Shown here in pieces: positions 48,701-57,248 of a stretch of DNA of 64,000 bases (within the stretch, counting starts at the first letter, position 1; each line of letters starts with the position of its first letter). Source of the DNA: Ignavibacteriota bacterium (lineage in GTDB: Bacteria > Bacteroidota > Ignavibacteria > UBA10030 > UBA6906); the NCBI GenBank assembly GCA_963801355.1, contig CAWDEM010000008.1:800001-864000 (forward strand), given 5' to 3'. Both the position numbers and the translations under genes were made by a program. The notes under the pieces were generated by a model. It saw only the letters and a list, made by a program, of their open reading frames with translations, was not told the origin of the DNA and did not search any database.

Positions 48701-51700
48701 TCACCTGAGCCGAAGTCCACTCCAGCAATCCCCGATGTGAAATGTGGCGCCGGTACAGGACTCGCACGATCGCATCAAGAGCCAGCCAGGACTGGTATGG
48801 AAGCAAAGCGGCTTCGGCAACCACTCGCAATAGATCGTGCGCGAACTTCGAAACGGAGGTGCCCCTGCCTCCGGTGGATGTCGTCGCCCAGGTAAACGGC
48901 TGCACCAGGGAATGAAATAGGAGTTGCGTAGCGACCACTGCTGAGGCGATCCACCCGGCCTGAGAGGATATCAGCCAGGAGGCCAACAGCAAGCTCAGGC
49001 TGGCAACGGGAAGCATGCTGCGTCTCAAGTTGTCGAAAATCTTCCCGCGGTCGAACCAGGAAAGCGGGTTCGGGCCTATTCCATTCCCCGGGAGGGGGAC
49101 GCTTGGCATGATCCAATTCGCAATTTGCCAATCGCCACGGATCCAGCGATGTTGCCGCTTAATGAAACTCACATAGTCCTGAGGGAACTCGTCATAGAGC
49201 TCGATGTCGCTGGCCAGACCCACGCGGACGTGTGCACCTTCGATCAAGTCATGGCTGAGGAGCCAGGCTTCGGGGAACCGGCCGGCAAGCACCCGGCTGA
49301 AGGCCCGGACATCGTAGATACCTTTGCCATGGTAGGAGCCCTCTCCTGCCAGGTCCTGATTGACGTCGGAAACGGCGTTGGTGTAGGGATCGATGCCGAT
49401 GGGGTCCGAAAAGAGGCGGCTGAACGGTGAGCCGCTCATGCTCGGCAGCGAAGGGCTCACGCGCGGCTGGATTATCGTATAGCCTGAGAGGATCCGGCCC
49501 CTCTCATCGACCCGCGCGTGGTTCAGCGGATGAGACAGGGTCTCAATCAACCGGCGGGCGGTGCCGCTTGGCAGTTGTGTATCGCTATCCAGAGTAATGA
49601 CATAGCGTATGCCGGAGAGTTGATCCGGGTTGCCCACGTGAAGCAGACGGCCCGCCTCCTGCGGTCGCGTGCCGTTGATCAAGCCGTTAAGTTCTTCAAG
49701 CTTTCCGCGCTTGCGTTCCCAACCGATGAATTTTTGTTCGGAATCACTCCATCGCCGCTCACGATGAAACAGGAAGAAGCGGTTGCCGCCATAGCGCTGA
49801 TTGAGGGTTTCAATGCATACCTTCGCGGCTTGAAGCAGCGATTCGTCCGCTTCGCACCGGGCCTGCGTTGCATCTACGTAATCCGAGAAAAGGCTGAAAA
49901 GAAGATTGTCCTCCTTGTTGGCGAGATAACGTATTTCGAGCTTCTCCGCCTCAGCGAGAACGGTCTCCAGGTCCATCAGCATAACGGGCACGACGACGAG
50001 AGTCCGGCACGTGTCGGGAATTCCGGAGAGCCTGTAGTCCATCTTAGGGAGTGTGCGGGGGGGCAATACCCGCATGATCAGGTAATTCATCACCTCAAGC
50101 GCAAGCTGACTTGCCGGTATGAGCAACAAGAGGGCAACCAAAAACTGAACGGCACGTGCCTCGCTTTGCAGTCCGATCAGCACGAACAGAGCGACAAATG
50201 CAAGGGCAAGGGAAATGACGCCGGTGAAGTAGACCGAGGAATGATGACGATACGTCCAGCGCAGTCCGAGGAAACGCAGCGTCTCGCGGCAGCCGATTAA
50301 TCGCGCGAGATTGTTTCTTCGATCGCCGATCAGGTATGTTCCAACATGACGCAACCGTTCGTTCCCGGGTGAATCATGGGCTGCCTGGGCGGCCAGCTCA
50401 AGTACGCGCCGGGCCACCAGGTCTTCTGCCACGTCCGAGCCCCGGTGAAGGTCCTCAATTGCTCGGCGGCATCGATCGCGCGTGTCGAAATCCATGTGTG
50501 GATAGATGCCGGCAGGATCCTGGCGCAGCAGGGCCTCAACATCGCTCAGCTGTTCGAAGCAGACTTTCCAATCGAGAAGGTCGAGGAAGCGCAAACTGGT
50601 AAACGCATTCCCGATCGAAATCTGATCCTTCGTCTGGCGGTTTTTTTCCCGCAGACTGAGATCGGCCAGGGACTTCTGAAATTTGCGTTCAAGCCAGCTG
50701 AGAACCGGCGCCAGCGCGGTTATTTCGTCATAGAGGTAATCGATCAGTTCAGTTGCGAAATGCGGGCTCGGGGCCTGTTGGGATTCCGTGAGTTCCGCCA
50801 GAACCGAGAAGATCTTCTGGGGATCCCGCCGGTTGACTGCGATCAGCCTGTTGGCCCAGAAGTTGGCAAGCTCACGTTCACGCAGGTCGGTCTGCGTCCT
50901 TCCGGCAATTTCCTGGATGCCTTCCATGAGGGTCGCGCGCAACATCTGAGGAACGGCCCAGAGCTCCCCGATAGACAGTCGCGACTCGCTTTGATAGGCT
51001 GCAATGAACGCCAGGATGCTCTCCCGGTCGAGTCGCAGATCCGAATGGGACACGAGCTCCCGCGCCAGACAGTAGATGCGTGCAGAGCCCCGGTCGGGTT
51101 CGGTCGTGAGTGCCGGTAGTTGCCGGTAATACCGCCGGGGCAGGTTGAGGAGGACCCTTCGAGCGTTGCCCTCGATGACATACTCGTTGTCGAGGAGCCA
51201 CTCGGCCGCCGGTGACACAATTTGCTCAAGGCGATTCGCTACGGCGAGATCAAGGCAGGCTTCGTGAACCCACCGGCGGCCCCGCTCAATTCGCTTGAGG
51301 AGTTCGGTGTTCTGCGGCGGACCAAGGGCCTCCCGGTGGGTGGTGGCCAGACGCCGGGCATGCTCCTCGAGTTGAGCCGGCATGAGGAGTGTCCCGGGAC
51401 CTCCATTTTCTCCGTTAGGGCTTTCTCGTTTCGGATAGAGGATGAAGACCGCGGGCTGGATTTCCCCGCTCTCCAGTACGGCGGCCATCGGAACCTGCAA
51501 GGTCTCGATAGGCGACTGGAGAATCAGGACGCTTTCGCCGGAGACAAGCCACCGTGCGTGATCCTCAACAAATCCCCGTTCCAGGCCGAACGTTGACCGC
51601 CGCACCCAGGCGACACACACAAGGGCGCCAAGCAGTCCTCCTACCAGGAATGGGACCGAGACAGAACCCCACAGCGCCGGACCGGACCATGCAAGGCCAA

Positions 51701-51914
51701 AGGAAACAACGGAGGCAAGAGCCCCGAAGAGAACGAAAGCCAGGACGGCGCTGAAGGCCCGAAGCCTGTCGAAAGGGTCCGAGATACGGACATCTCCAGC
51801 GGTACTCTTGCTCGCCCATGCGGCGCGCCGATACCCCTTCCCGCGCAATTGCCTGGCCGCTTTGCGTGCTTCATCCTGCTTCCCAAAGTATCCAATGAGC
51901 CTACCCGTGTACAT
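42759..51914 (-). CDS. cgs: Cyclic beta-1,2-glucan synthase (Cgs/NdvB; GT84 plus C-terminal GH94 phosphorylase)
   Basis: 'GWERKRGKL', 'TLDSDT', 'LSHDLIEG', 'RWIRGDWQ', 'TSPTNIG', 'LLASEARL', 'GAFGFRDQLQD', 'GDWNDG', 'ENGGQYTH'. Confidence 0.95.
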   Translation of the reverse strand: MYTGRLIGYFGKQDEARKAARQLRGKGYRRAAWASKSTAGDVRISDPFDRLRAFSAVLAFVLFGALASVVSFGLAWSGPALWGSVSVPFLVGGLLGALVCVAWVRRSTFGLERGFVEDHARWLVSGESVLILQSPIETLQVPMAAVLESGEIQPAVFILYPKRESPNGENGGPGTLLMPAQLEEHARRLATTHREALGPPQNTELLKRIERGRRWVHEACLDLAVANRLEQIVSPAAEWLLDNEYVIEGNARRVLLNLPRRYYRQLPALTTEPDRGSARIYCLARELVSHSDLRLDRESILAFIAAYQSESRLSIGELWAVPQMLRATLMEGIQEIAGRTQTDLRERELANFWANRLIAVNRRDPQKIFSVLAELTESQQAPSPHFATELIDYLYDEITALAPVLSWLERKFQKSLADLSLREKNRQTKDQISIGNAFTSLRFLDLLDWKVCFEQLSDVEALLRQDPAGIYPHMDFDTRDRCRRAIEDLHRGSDVAEDLVARRVLELAAQAAHDSPGNERLRHVGTYLIGDRRNNLARLIGCRETLRFLGLRWTYRHHSSVYFTGVISLALAFVALFVLIGLQSEARAVQFLVALLLLIPASQLALEVMNYLIMRVLPPRTLPKMDYRLSGIPDTCRTLVVVPVMLMDLETVLAEAEKLEIRYLANKEDNLLFSLFSDYVDATQARCEADESLLQAAKVCIETLNQRYGGNRFFLFHRERRWSDSEQKFIGWERKRGKLEELNGLINGTRPQEAGRLLHVGNPDQLSGIRYVITLDSDTQLPSGTARRLIETLSHPLNHARVDERGRILSGYTIIQPRVSPSLPSMSGSPFSRLFSDPIGIDPYTNAVSDVNQDLAGEGSYHGKGIYDVRAFSRVLAGRFPEAWLLSHDLIEGAHVRVGLASDIELYDEFPQDYVSFIKRQHRWIRGDWQIANWIMPSVPLPGNGIGPNPLSWFDRGKIFDNLRRSMLPVASLSLLLASWLISSQAGWIASAVVATQLLFHSLVQPFTWATTSTGGRGTSVSKFAHDLLRVVAEAALLPYQSWLALDAIVRVLYRRHISHRGLLEWTSAQVMQDEARARVPMFLLSMCLASLFSVIVGWGVQSMGLSTVLIAIPWLVLWFLSPVVGWVLNRRPERKQPQAMLRENDRQFLRNIACRTWRYFSDFVNQETSWLPPDNYQVAYQNQLAMRTSPTNIGLWMVSVLGAHDFGYLTLDEVTRKLTGTMETIGKLDRHEGHLLNWYDIQTLAPLKPHYVSTVDSGNLLAALWSIDHGLDALMHEELLDARAFAGLRDAGESLRQAIVTEKSTSLDGDALRALLLTWESPPDRIPDAVGLLRRAKQSVSEFATMTNVSALPGGSVSHWVKQMQSQTDAWLNVVDRYLGWIEILGEKTADEIAMLDQNGAPELQQALHHAPSLHDLANGNLPWIPLLRALRKREPSDTSAVASWIDRVFGALDTSKWLAGEMLASGEQLAQAARELSASMNMRFLYNADRRLFSIGYNVTEGRLDHAYYDLLASEARLGSFVAIARGDVPIEHWFAMSRPYGAVGRRQVLLSWTGTMFEYLMPLLFQRSYGNSLLDKATQEAVAIQIDYGPRHDVPWGISESASGDLDINKTYQYHAFGVPALGLKRGLEEKIVIAPYATLLAINIQPRESLRNLKRLAKLGLLDEYGYYEALDFSQQQTREGERGVIVRAYMAHHQGMGFLALTNLLHGNSIQNYFHRDPRVRTVEPLLHERIPIVPPLNQISTRARISSIAAVGEVAPSVSQFDTPHTSTPKTQLLCNGRYGVMLTNAGGGYSRWGDVEITRWRSDRTSDPWGTFCYIHDTDSDRLWCNTYQPTRGKVEDYSADFSLDRAVFRRIDNGIQSETEIVVAPEEDVEIRRITLINRSLRTRQLDLTSYIELSLAPHDADRQHPAFNKLFIQTEAVPGQHALLAFRRPRQDGDPPVYVGHRFTLEHDDVDALRFETDRARFIGRGRTLSAPMGAVQEPGQSQGFAIDPILSLRQSLTVGPGQRAQVSMVLAGASTREQVLSLMSKYGDPRAIDRAMDFAWASAQLELRLLHIQPDDARRFQQLASHLLFPNLLLRAAAERIAENRKGQAGLWTYGISGDVPIALVAIGEVEDMSLVRQMLQAHTYWRMHGFTTDLVILNEESRGYERPLHEQLQRLIQSHSATTGVDRPGGIFLRSADMIPEEDLTLLQAVASTVMVAARGTLQQQLGVSIEIPETPGPIASKRDSRDPAAALPFMELPYFNSIGGFTPDGNEYAVYLGPGMNTPMPWVNIIANPGFGTLISETGAGFTWQGNSQRNRLTQWSNDPVTDPPSEALYIRDEETGAYWTPCASPIREGTDYRARHGAGYSVFEHNSHGIEHELTVFVPVDDGGGEPVKLQRLLLKNDSARPRKLSLTYYVEWTLGEFRESSQNHVVTDWDDEVEAMIAHNYYHPDFSDSVAFAALSLPAESYTGDRTAFLGRNRSMVNPAAMERTGLSRRTGAGLDPCAALQTTVRLAPGENVEITCVLGQAPSLNKARALVLAYRENTVVKAALVQTKAWWNERLDVVQVHTPELAVDFLINRWLLYQTLACRLWGRSGFYQSGGAFGFRDQLQDVMALLYAQPGLARAHILLAAGRQFTEGDVQHWWHVPGGAGIRSRISDDLLWLPYVAAHYVRITGDVSILHEMVGFLDAPPLEKNQNESLKSPGNSSEHASLFEHCRRAVTRGHTSGSHGLPLIGTGDWNDGMNLVGAAGKGESVWLAWFLVDVLKGMAEMSTEMGRPDLSLAYLQDRKILIEHVEGFAWDGEWYLRGTFDDGTPLGSSVNQEARIDSIPQSWAWISGAADSDRAKKALESAWKNLVREEDKLVLLFEPPFDKTELSPGYIKGYPPGVRENGGQYTHAALWLAIAIARSGDGTRAANMMRILNPIEHARDPETVWRYGIEPYVVAADVYRLPGRIGKGGWSWYTGSAALMYRTWVEEILGLQVRGETMSFTPVIPGWWDGFQMSYRHGESVYAIQVENPEHYERGISWVEMDGQRMKGGVIPLGRDFIKHRIVVRMGN

Positions 51915-52069
51915 CCCTGGTCCTCATGGACGTGGAGAGAAAGAGTGTGCTGAAGACCGGGGACCCCTTCAGGTTCAAGAATCTGCACCACGTGATGGTC
52001 CTTGCATACAGTGCATGGAATTACTCCATCCTACGACGGAGCCTTGCATTTCCGGTCCGGGGGCAACGG

Positions 52070-52327
52070 TTACTTGGACTTGACGAGCCGGACGATGTAC
52101 AGCAGGATGAGTGCACCCACGACGGCCGCAATCAACAAGCCGATGATACCTGCGCTGGAAATTCCGAGCAGACCAAATACCCAGACTCCGATGAAAGCGC
52201 CTATGACCCCGATGATCAAATCGCCGACCAGGCCGAACCCGGAGCCCTTAAATATCTTTCCTGCGAGGAATCCCGCAACGATCCCGATCGCGAGGAAAAT
52301 AAGCAGGTGTTCTGTACTCGTATCCAT
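52070..52327 (-). CDS. GlsB/YeaQ/YmgE family stress membrane protein
   Basis: 'IGIVAGFLAGKI...G.GLVGDLIIGVIGAFIG'. Confidence 0.9.
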   Translation of the reverse strand: MDTSTEHLLIFLAIGIVAGFLAGKIFKGSGFGLVGDLIIGVIGAFIGVWVFGLLGISSAGIIGLLIAAVVGALILLYIVRLVKSK

Positions 52328-52388
52328 GTTGCTCTCTCCTTTGTTGGTTGGGCATATTGCCCGTTCAGTGAGGCAGTGTGGTTGTTAT

Positions 52389-53315
52389 TCATCCCCTAAG
52401 TGCGGCCAATTGTTTGAACAGCTCGAATTCCTTTTCAGTGAGATGCTCCGGCACCTTGATATCTACTTTCACGAATAGATTTCCGAACTCATTCTTCCTG
52501 CCATAGACCGGCATCCCGAGCCCCAGGAGCCTGAGTTCCGTACCGTTCTGTGTTTCTTTCGGAATATTCATTTTTACCCAGCCCTTCAGCGTTTCGACCT
52601 GCGTCTTCCCTCCCAAGAGAGCCGTATACAGATCGACTGAGATCGTGCGGTGGAGATCGTCTCCCCTGCGGAGAAACACAGGATGAAGTGCAATCCTGAT
52701 GGTCAGATAGAGGTCGCCGTTTGGACCGCCGTTTCTTCCGGCGCCCCCTTTGCCTGCGATCCTCAAGACCTGCGTGTCCACAACCCCCGGTTTGATGGTC
52801 ACTTTGATAGTCTGACCATGCAGCTGGATAAGCCGGGTCGTGCCATGATAGGCTTCTTCCAGCGACAGGGTCGTTTCAGCTTCGAGATTCTCTCCTGTAA
52901 CCGCGGCGCGTCCGCCCCCCCGTCCCCTGCCACCACGTTGTCCAAACAACAATTCAAACAAATCTCCCACACCCCCGTCACCGAAGGTTTCATCGAATTC
53001 TTCGCGACTCACCCGGCGCCCTTGCCCACCCTGACCTGCCGCATATTTCGACCAGTCAAATCCTCCCGGCTTCCCGCCGGTTTGTTCGTACTGCTTCCAC
53101 TCCGCGCCAAACTGATCGTACTTTTTCCTTTTCTCAGGGTCGCTGAGAACTTCGTTCGCTTCGTTGATTTCTTTGAACTTCTCTTCAGCTGCTTTGTTTC
53201 CCTTGGTCTTGTCGGGATGGTGTTTCAATGCAAGCTTGCGATATGCTCTTTTGATGTCTTCCGGCGTAGCGGTCTTTTCGACGCCAAGCACTTTATAATA
53301 GTCTTTGTAGGTCAC
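52389..53315 (-). CDS. cbpA: DnaJ-class chaperone, CbpA-like
   Basis: J-domain with HPD, no zinc finger, DnaJ C-terminal domain. Confidence 0.88.
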   Translation of the reverse strand: MTYKDYYKVLGVEKTATPEDIKRAYRKLALKHHPDKTKGNKAAEEKFKEINEANEVLSDPEKRKKYDQFGAEWKQYEQTGGKPGGFDWSKYAAGQGGQGRRVSREEFDETFGDGGVGDLFELLFGQRGGRGRGGGRAAVTGENLEAETTLSLEEAYHGTTRLIQLHGQTIKVTIKPGVVDTQVLRIAGKGGAGRNGGPNGDLYLTIRIALHPVFLRRGDDLHRTISVDLYTALLGGKTQVETLKGWVKMNIPKETQNGTELRLLGLGMPVYGRKNEFGNLFVKVDIKVPEHLTEKEFELFKQLAALRG

Positions 53316-53416
53316 TTTCTCTCGGCTTGCCCATCATTATTGTGCCACTTGCACCTGCGCCGGGCGCAACAATTCGTCATTCCAGAGATACCCTTGACGC
53401 AGGACCGCGGCCGGCG

Positions 53417-53830
53417 TTAGTCGAACCGCAACGTCGAGGCCATGGCTTCAACCTTGTCCCGTTCCAGTTTCCACGCGTCCTCGCGATTCTCAAGAGCCGT
53501 CGCTTCCTTCTGTGCGTATTCTTTGTATGCTTTATTCGTCGTTGCGAGTGCTTGCTTCAATGCCGGCAGCTGCGTGGCCGGGACTTCTTCAAGCTCACAA
53601 TGCACCACAAGAAAGCCGCCGTCGATGTCCGCTTCTGCCGTCTGATTCAGCGTTTTCCATTCGCGGTCAAAGATCTCGCACCATTCCGGTGGCGGATGTC
53701 CTGACAGCTCAAAATACACGTGATACACCGTATCCGACCCGACGTCTTTGCGGGTTTTCTCGGTGTTCATTCTCTTGATGAACATATCAGGTGCGGATGG
53801 AACCTGAGTGTCTTTTGGCTTGTCGGTCAT
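53417..53830 (-). CDS. Hypothetical protein
   Basis: GGAGGT RBS; C-terminal coiled coil. Confidence 0.75.
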   Translation of the reverse strand: MTDKPKDTQVPSAPDMFIKRMNTEKTRKDVGSDTVYHVYFELSGHPPPEWCEIFDREWKTLNQTAEADIDGGFLVVHCELEEVPATQLPALKQALATTNKAYKEYAQKEATALENREDAWKLERDKVEAMASTLRFD

Positions 53831-53918
53831 GTGGTACCTCCTGTGGCCCGAAAGGAGCGATTCTTGATAAAGAAAGCACCAAAGTGAGCACTGTAAGCAT
53901 ACCGGATATTGCTGCGGA

Positions 53919-53956
53919 ATGAATCACCTGAAAGGATGAAAGAGGAGCTAGTCCCC
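53919..53956 (-). promoter_or_regulatory. 38-bp regulon motif, copy 2
   Basis: ATGAATCACCTGAAAGGATGAAAGAGGAGCTAGTCCCC; TATGCT 17 nt downstream on the minus strand. Confidence 0.7.
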
Positions 53957-53992
53957 GGAATTCCACCAAATGGCCCGGTATGCGCCGGGAGG

Positions 53993-54682
53993 TTATCCTT
54001 CAAGCACTTTCTGGATGGATTTCTTGTGACCGAACAGCACCAGAACATCTCCTCGTTCAACGATCGTTGTTGGTGCCGGCACGCCTATGATCGACTCAAT
54101 CTCCCGCTTTCTGAGACCGAGGAACTGTGGCTTTGTTTCCATCCGTTTGATCGTGATAAGACTGATCTCGAAACGTTGTCTGAGGTCCAGTTCCTGAATG
54201 GTGCATCCGATGAAAGATTCAGGGGCAATTGCTTCGGCAATCGTGAAATCGGACGTGAAAGCAAACGAATTGACCACCTTTTCGAAGATCAGGCTATTTG
54301 CAAGCCGTTCTGCTGCCTCGGCTCCAGGAAGCACGACTTCCTTGATCCCGAGATGATTCAAGATCTGTTCGTGCACTGCCGTTGTCGCTCGCACGATGAT
54401 CCGCTTAACACCAATCTTCTGCAAAAAAGTCACAGTGAGGAGCGAGGCCTCGAAATCTTCACCGATACCCACAACGACAGCATCGTATTCATCCAGGCCC
54501 TGACTGCGTAGCGCCTTTTCATCCGTCGCATCCAGCTGCACAGTGTGCGTCACGAGTTCTTTTATGTCGTCGAGCTTCGGGAGATTCTCGTCGATGGCGA
54601 GAACTTCCGCACCCTGCTGTGCCAACCGCGCAGCAAGACGGTCTCCAAAATACCCCAGGCCGATGATTGCGAATTTCTTCAT
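53993..54682 (-). CDS. ktrA: KtrA/TrkA potassium uptake RCK subunit
   Basis: 'IIGLGYFG' Rossmann motif and TrkA-C domain. Confidence 0.9.
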   Translation of the reverse strand: MKKFAIIGLGYFGDRLAARLAQQGAEVLAIDENLPKLDDIKELVTHTVQLDATDEKALRSQGLDEYDAVVVGIGEDFEASLLTVTFLQKIGVKRIIVRATTAVHEQILNHLGIKEVVLPGAEAAERLANSLIFEKVVNSFAFTSDFTIAEAIAPESFIGCTIQELDLRQRFEISLITIKRMETKPQFLGLRKREIESIIGVPAPTTIVERGDVLVLFGHKKSIQKVLEG

Positions 54683-54697
54683 GGGATGGTCCGTATT

Positions 54698-56518
54698 TTA
54701 TGTAATGAGAATATTCTCCTCTGTGTAGCCATATCGTCCTTCCGTGCGCCGGGGGGTCACGGCAATCACAATCGCAAGAAGGCCGACGCGTCCTGCAATC
54801 ATGCAACCCGTGATGATCAGTTTCCCCGGCAGCGTGAGTTGTGGCGTGATGCCTGTCGAAAGGCCGACCGTGCTCAGTGCAGAGACAACTTCGAACAGGA
54901 GCTGTTCGAAGGAACTCTTTTCAGTCAGGAGTAGGCAAAACACCGCTCCGGTCACAAAACAAAATGAGAGCAACACAGTGGTAAATGCCTTTGTGATGGC
55001 AATTTCGGGCACACGCTTCCGGAAGATCTCAACATTCTTCCTTCCTGACGCAATAGCGTGAATCTTGAGGATCGTAAGAGCTGCAGTCGTTGTCTTGATG
55101 CCGCCACCTGTTGATCCTGGAGATGCGCCAATCCACATGAGCACAATCAGTACGAAAAGCGTCGGCACGGTACATGAGCCGATGTCGAGGATGTTGAAAC
55201 CGGCTGTCCGGGCTGTTACCGAATTGAAGAGAGATGCAAACATCTTGTCGGTGAAGGAGAGATCGCGCAGAGTGCCGTTCCCTTCAAGAAGAAGAAAACC
55301 CAGTGCACCACCGGCCAGCAGAACAGCGGTTGTGAGAAGCACAACCTTTGAGTGAAGGGACAGCCTGCAGCGAGCGCGGGCGTTGACGGCACCCACCATC
55401 TTTGTGCCGCTGTTCGCGAGAACGGGAAAGCCAAGCCCGCCGAGAACAACCAGTATCATGATGGTGGACAAGAAGCCTGTGTTGGCATGAAGAACGCTAT
55501 CCGCGAGATTGTCAGTTGTGAGAGTGAAGCCGGCATTACAGAACGCTGAGATTGAGTGAAACACGGAAAACAGCAGCGGATCTCCTTCACCAACAGACCA
55601 GGCATTACCGATGAATTCATACAAGGCAAAAGCTCCCATGCCCTCGATCGCGAACGTGACGAACGCAATCTGCAGAATTGTCTTCTTAATCGCCCCCAGA
55701 CTGTCTTCACCAAGGAGCGTTTGCATGTTTGAATACTCCTTCAGGCGAGCTCCTCCGCCGAGAACAAAGGCGAAGAATGTTGTCAGCGTCATGATGCCCA
55801 ATCCACCGACCTGGATTAATACCATCAGCACCACATGCCCGAACGGCGTGAAGTTGGTCGCTGTGTCAACAACAATGAGTCCGGTAACACACACAGCGCT
55901 GGTCGCAGTGAATAGCGCGTCAACAAATGAGATGGAGTGAGAGACGGTTGCCCGAGGTAGAAGCAGCGCAACTGTCCCTACGGTGACCAGGATGAGAAAG
56001 CTGAGAAGGATAAGCATAGATGGTTGAACATTGCTCGTCATCGCGCGCTTGCCGTAACGCAAGAGTGCCGGCACAAAGGAAAACGCAACGAATACTTGAG
56101 TGATGGCGAGGTATATTCGTGCAAGGGCGCCGGGAGACAATTGAGAGTCAAAGGAAAGCAATAGTGCTTCAATCTGAGTGGAGAGCAGAAGGTACAGCAG
56201 AATTGACATCAGCAACGCGTGCTCAAACCATCGTGAGCGGATATACTCAAGATGCTTTCGGGCCAATCCGAGTTTCAAGGCGCCTTGCAGCACAAATCCG
56301 TAGAGTATGGCTATGTTAAGACATTGAGCTCGCTCCTCCCATTCGGCGGAAAGGTAGAAGCCGTGCTGTGCAAGCAATACGCCAAGTGCAGCCAGTGCAA
56401 GAAAGAAGACTCCAACATTGATGATGCATACAAACTGTTCCCGGTGCCGGGCAATAAATGAAACGTCTTCCCTGCGTTCAATGTGCCGCCTGAGAAATCG
56501 AATAAGGAGTTTCGACAT
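54698..56518 (-). CDS. ktrB: KtrB/TrkH potassium uptake membrane subunit
   Basis: 'SAVCVTGL', 'SAFCNAGF', 'TARTAGF', 'GASPGSTGGGIKTTT', 'SALSTVGLS'. Confidence 0.92.
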   Translation of the reverse strand: MSKLLIRFLRRHIERREDVSFIARHREQFVCIINVGVFFLALAALGVLLAQHGFYLSAEWEERAQCLNIAILYGFVLQGALKLGLARKHLEYIRSRWFEHALLMSILLYLLLSTQIEALLLSFDSQLSPGALARIYLAITQVFVAFSFVPALLRYGKRAMTSNVQPSMLILLSFLILVTVGTVALLLPRATVSHSISFVDALFTATSAVCVTGLIVVDTATNFTPFGHVVLMVLIQVGGLGIMTLTTFFAFVLGGGARLKEYSNMQTLLGEDSLGAIKKTILQIAFVTFAIEGMGAFALYEFIGNAWSVGEGDPLLFSVFHSISAFCNAGFTLTTDNLADSVLHANTGFLSTIMILVVLGGLGFPVLANSGTKMVGAVNARARCRLSLHSKVVLLTTAVLLAGGALGFLLLEGNGTLRDLSFTDKMFASLFNSVTARTAGFNILDIGSCTVPTLFVLIVLMWIGASPGSTGGGIKTTTAALTILKIHAIASGRKNVEIFRKRVPEIAITKAFTTVLLSFCFVTGAVFCLLLTEKSSFEQLLFEVVSALSTVGLSTGITPQLTLPGKLIITGCMIAGRVGLLAIVIAVTPRRTEGRYGYTEENILIT

Positions 56519-56602
56519 GTCGGTCTCGCCGTGAGAGGGAGCACACGCCGTGCGATCCTTGCGGGCGATCCTTGCATGAGTGTATCGATTCGCGCTTCGA
56601 AA

Positions 56603-56690
56603 TCATATCCCCTAGAAGGATGAAATAGTAGCTAACCCCATCGATGTCATAGAGGGATTAGCTACTATTTCGATCTATTGGCCGATTACA
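56603..56690. promoter_or_regulatory. Back-to-back regulon motifs (copies 3 and 4) for divergent promoters
   Basis: 56603-56640 (minus; TACACT 18 nt downstream) and 56653-56690 (plus; TATACT 18 nt downstream). Confidence 0.7.
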
Positions 56691-56840
56691 ATTGCAGGGG
56701 GCCCTCCGTATACTTCGTCCTGGCGATTTACGCAATGATGTGTTTTGGAACTACCCACGAACACTGTTGTTCCGAACGATCCCGGAGGCCAAAGTGGAAG
56801 CACCGCGCAACAGCGAGACCTACGACACACACCAATGTGA

Positions 56841-57221
56841 TTGCCGGCGGGGCCACATGCAATGCATACGCTCAATTCAACTACGCGCCTCATGATTCTT
56901 GCTGTACTGGGGGTTGTGGCAGGAGCAATCATGACGTCGTCTCTCCATGAAAAGGTGGCGGGGAACGAAAAGAGAACACCAGGAGTCCAGGCAGAATACT
57001 CCAGCGCGTGGCAGACGCTCAAGAGCAAATCCGAGGCCCAGATCAGGGAAAATGGAAGGAAGATCAGCAAGTTCAAAACGCAGAGGGAAAAAGGGAGTAG
57101 AGCGTTTCGTCCGACCTACGACAGGCGGGTGGCGGAGCTTGAGCGAAGGAACATCGCCCTCCAGGTCTCGCTCAATGACTTTAAGGGCGACAGGAGTGAT
57201 GCACGGGCGGAGTTCAAATAG
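56841..57221 (+). CDS. Membrane-anchored coiled-coil hypothetical protein, possibly truncated
   Basis: N-terminal TM helix, coiled coil; motif-containing promoter upstream. Confidence 0.55.
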   Translation: MPAGPHAMHTLNSTTRLMILAVLGVVAGAIMTSSLHEKVAGNEKRTPGVQAEYSSAWQTLKSKSEAQIRENGRKISKFKTQREKGSRAFRPTYDRRVAELERRNIALQVSLNDFKGDRSDARAEFK

Positions 57222-57248
57222 TCTGAAAAGGCCTTCGCCATCTCTGTA

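Noticed and set aside
52014-52030. Seventh copy of the regulon motif upstream of cgs (TGGAATTACTCC)
   Set aside because: Only a weak match to the distal half, with no match to the rest of the 38-mer.
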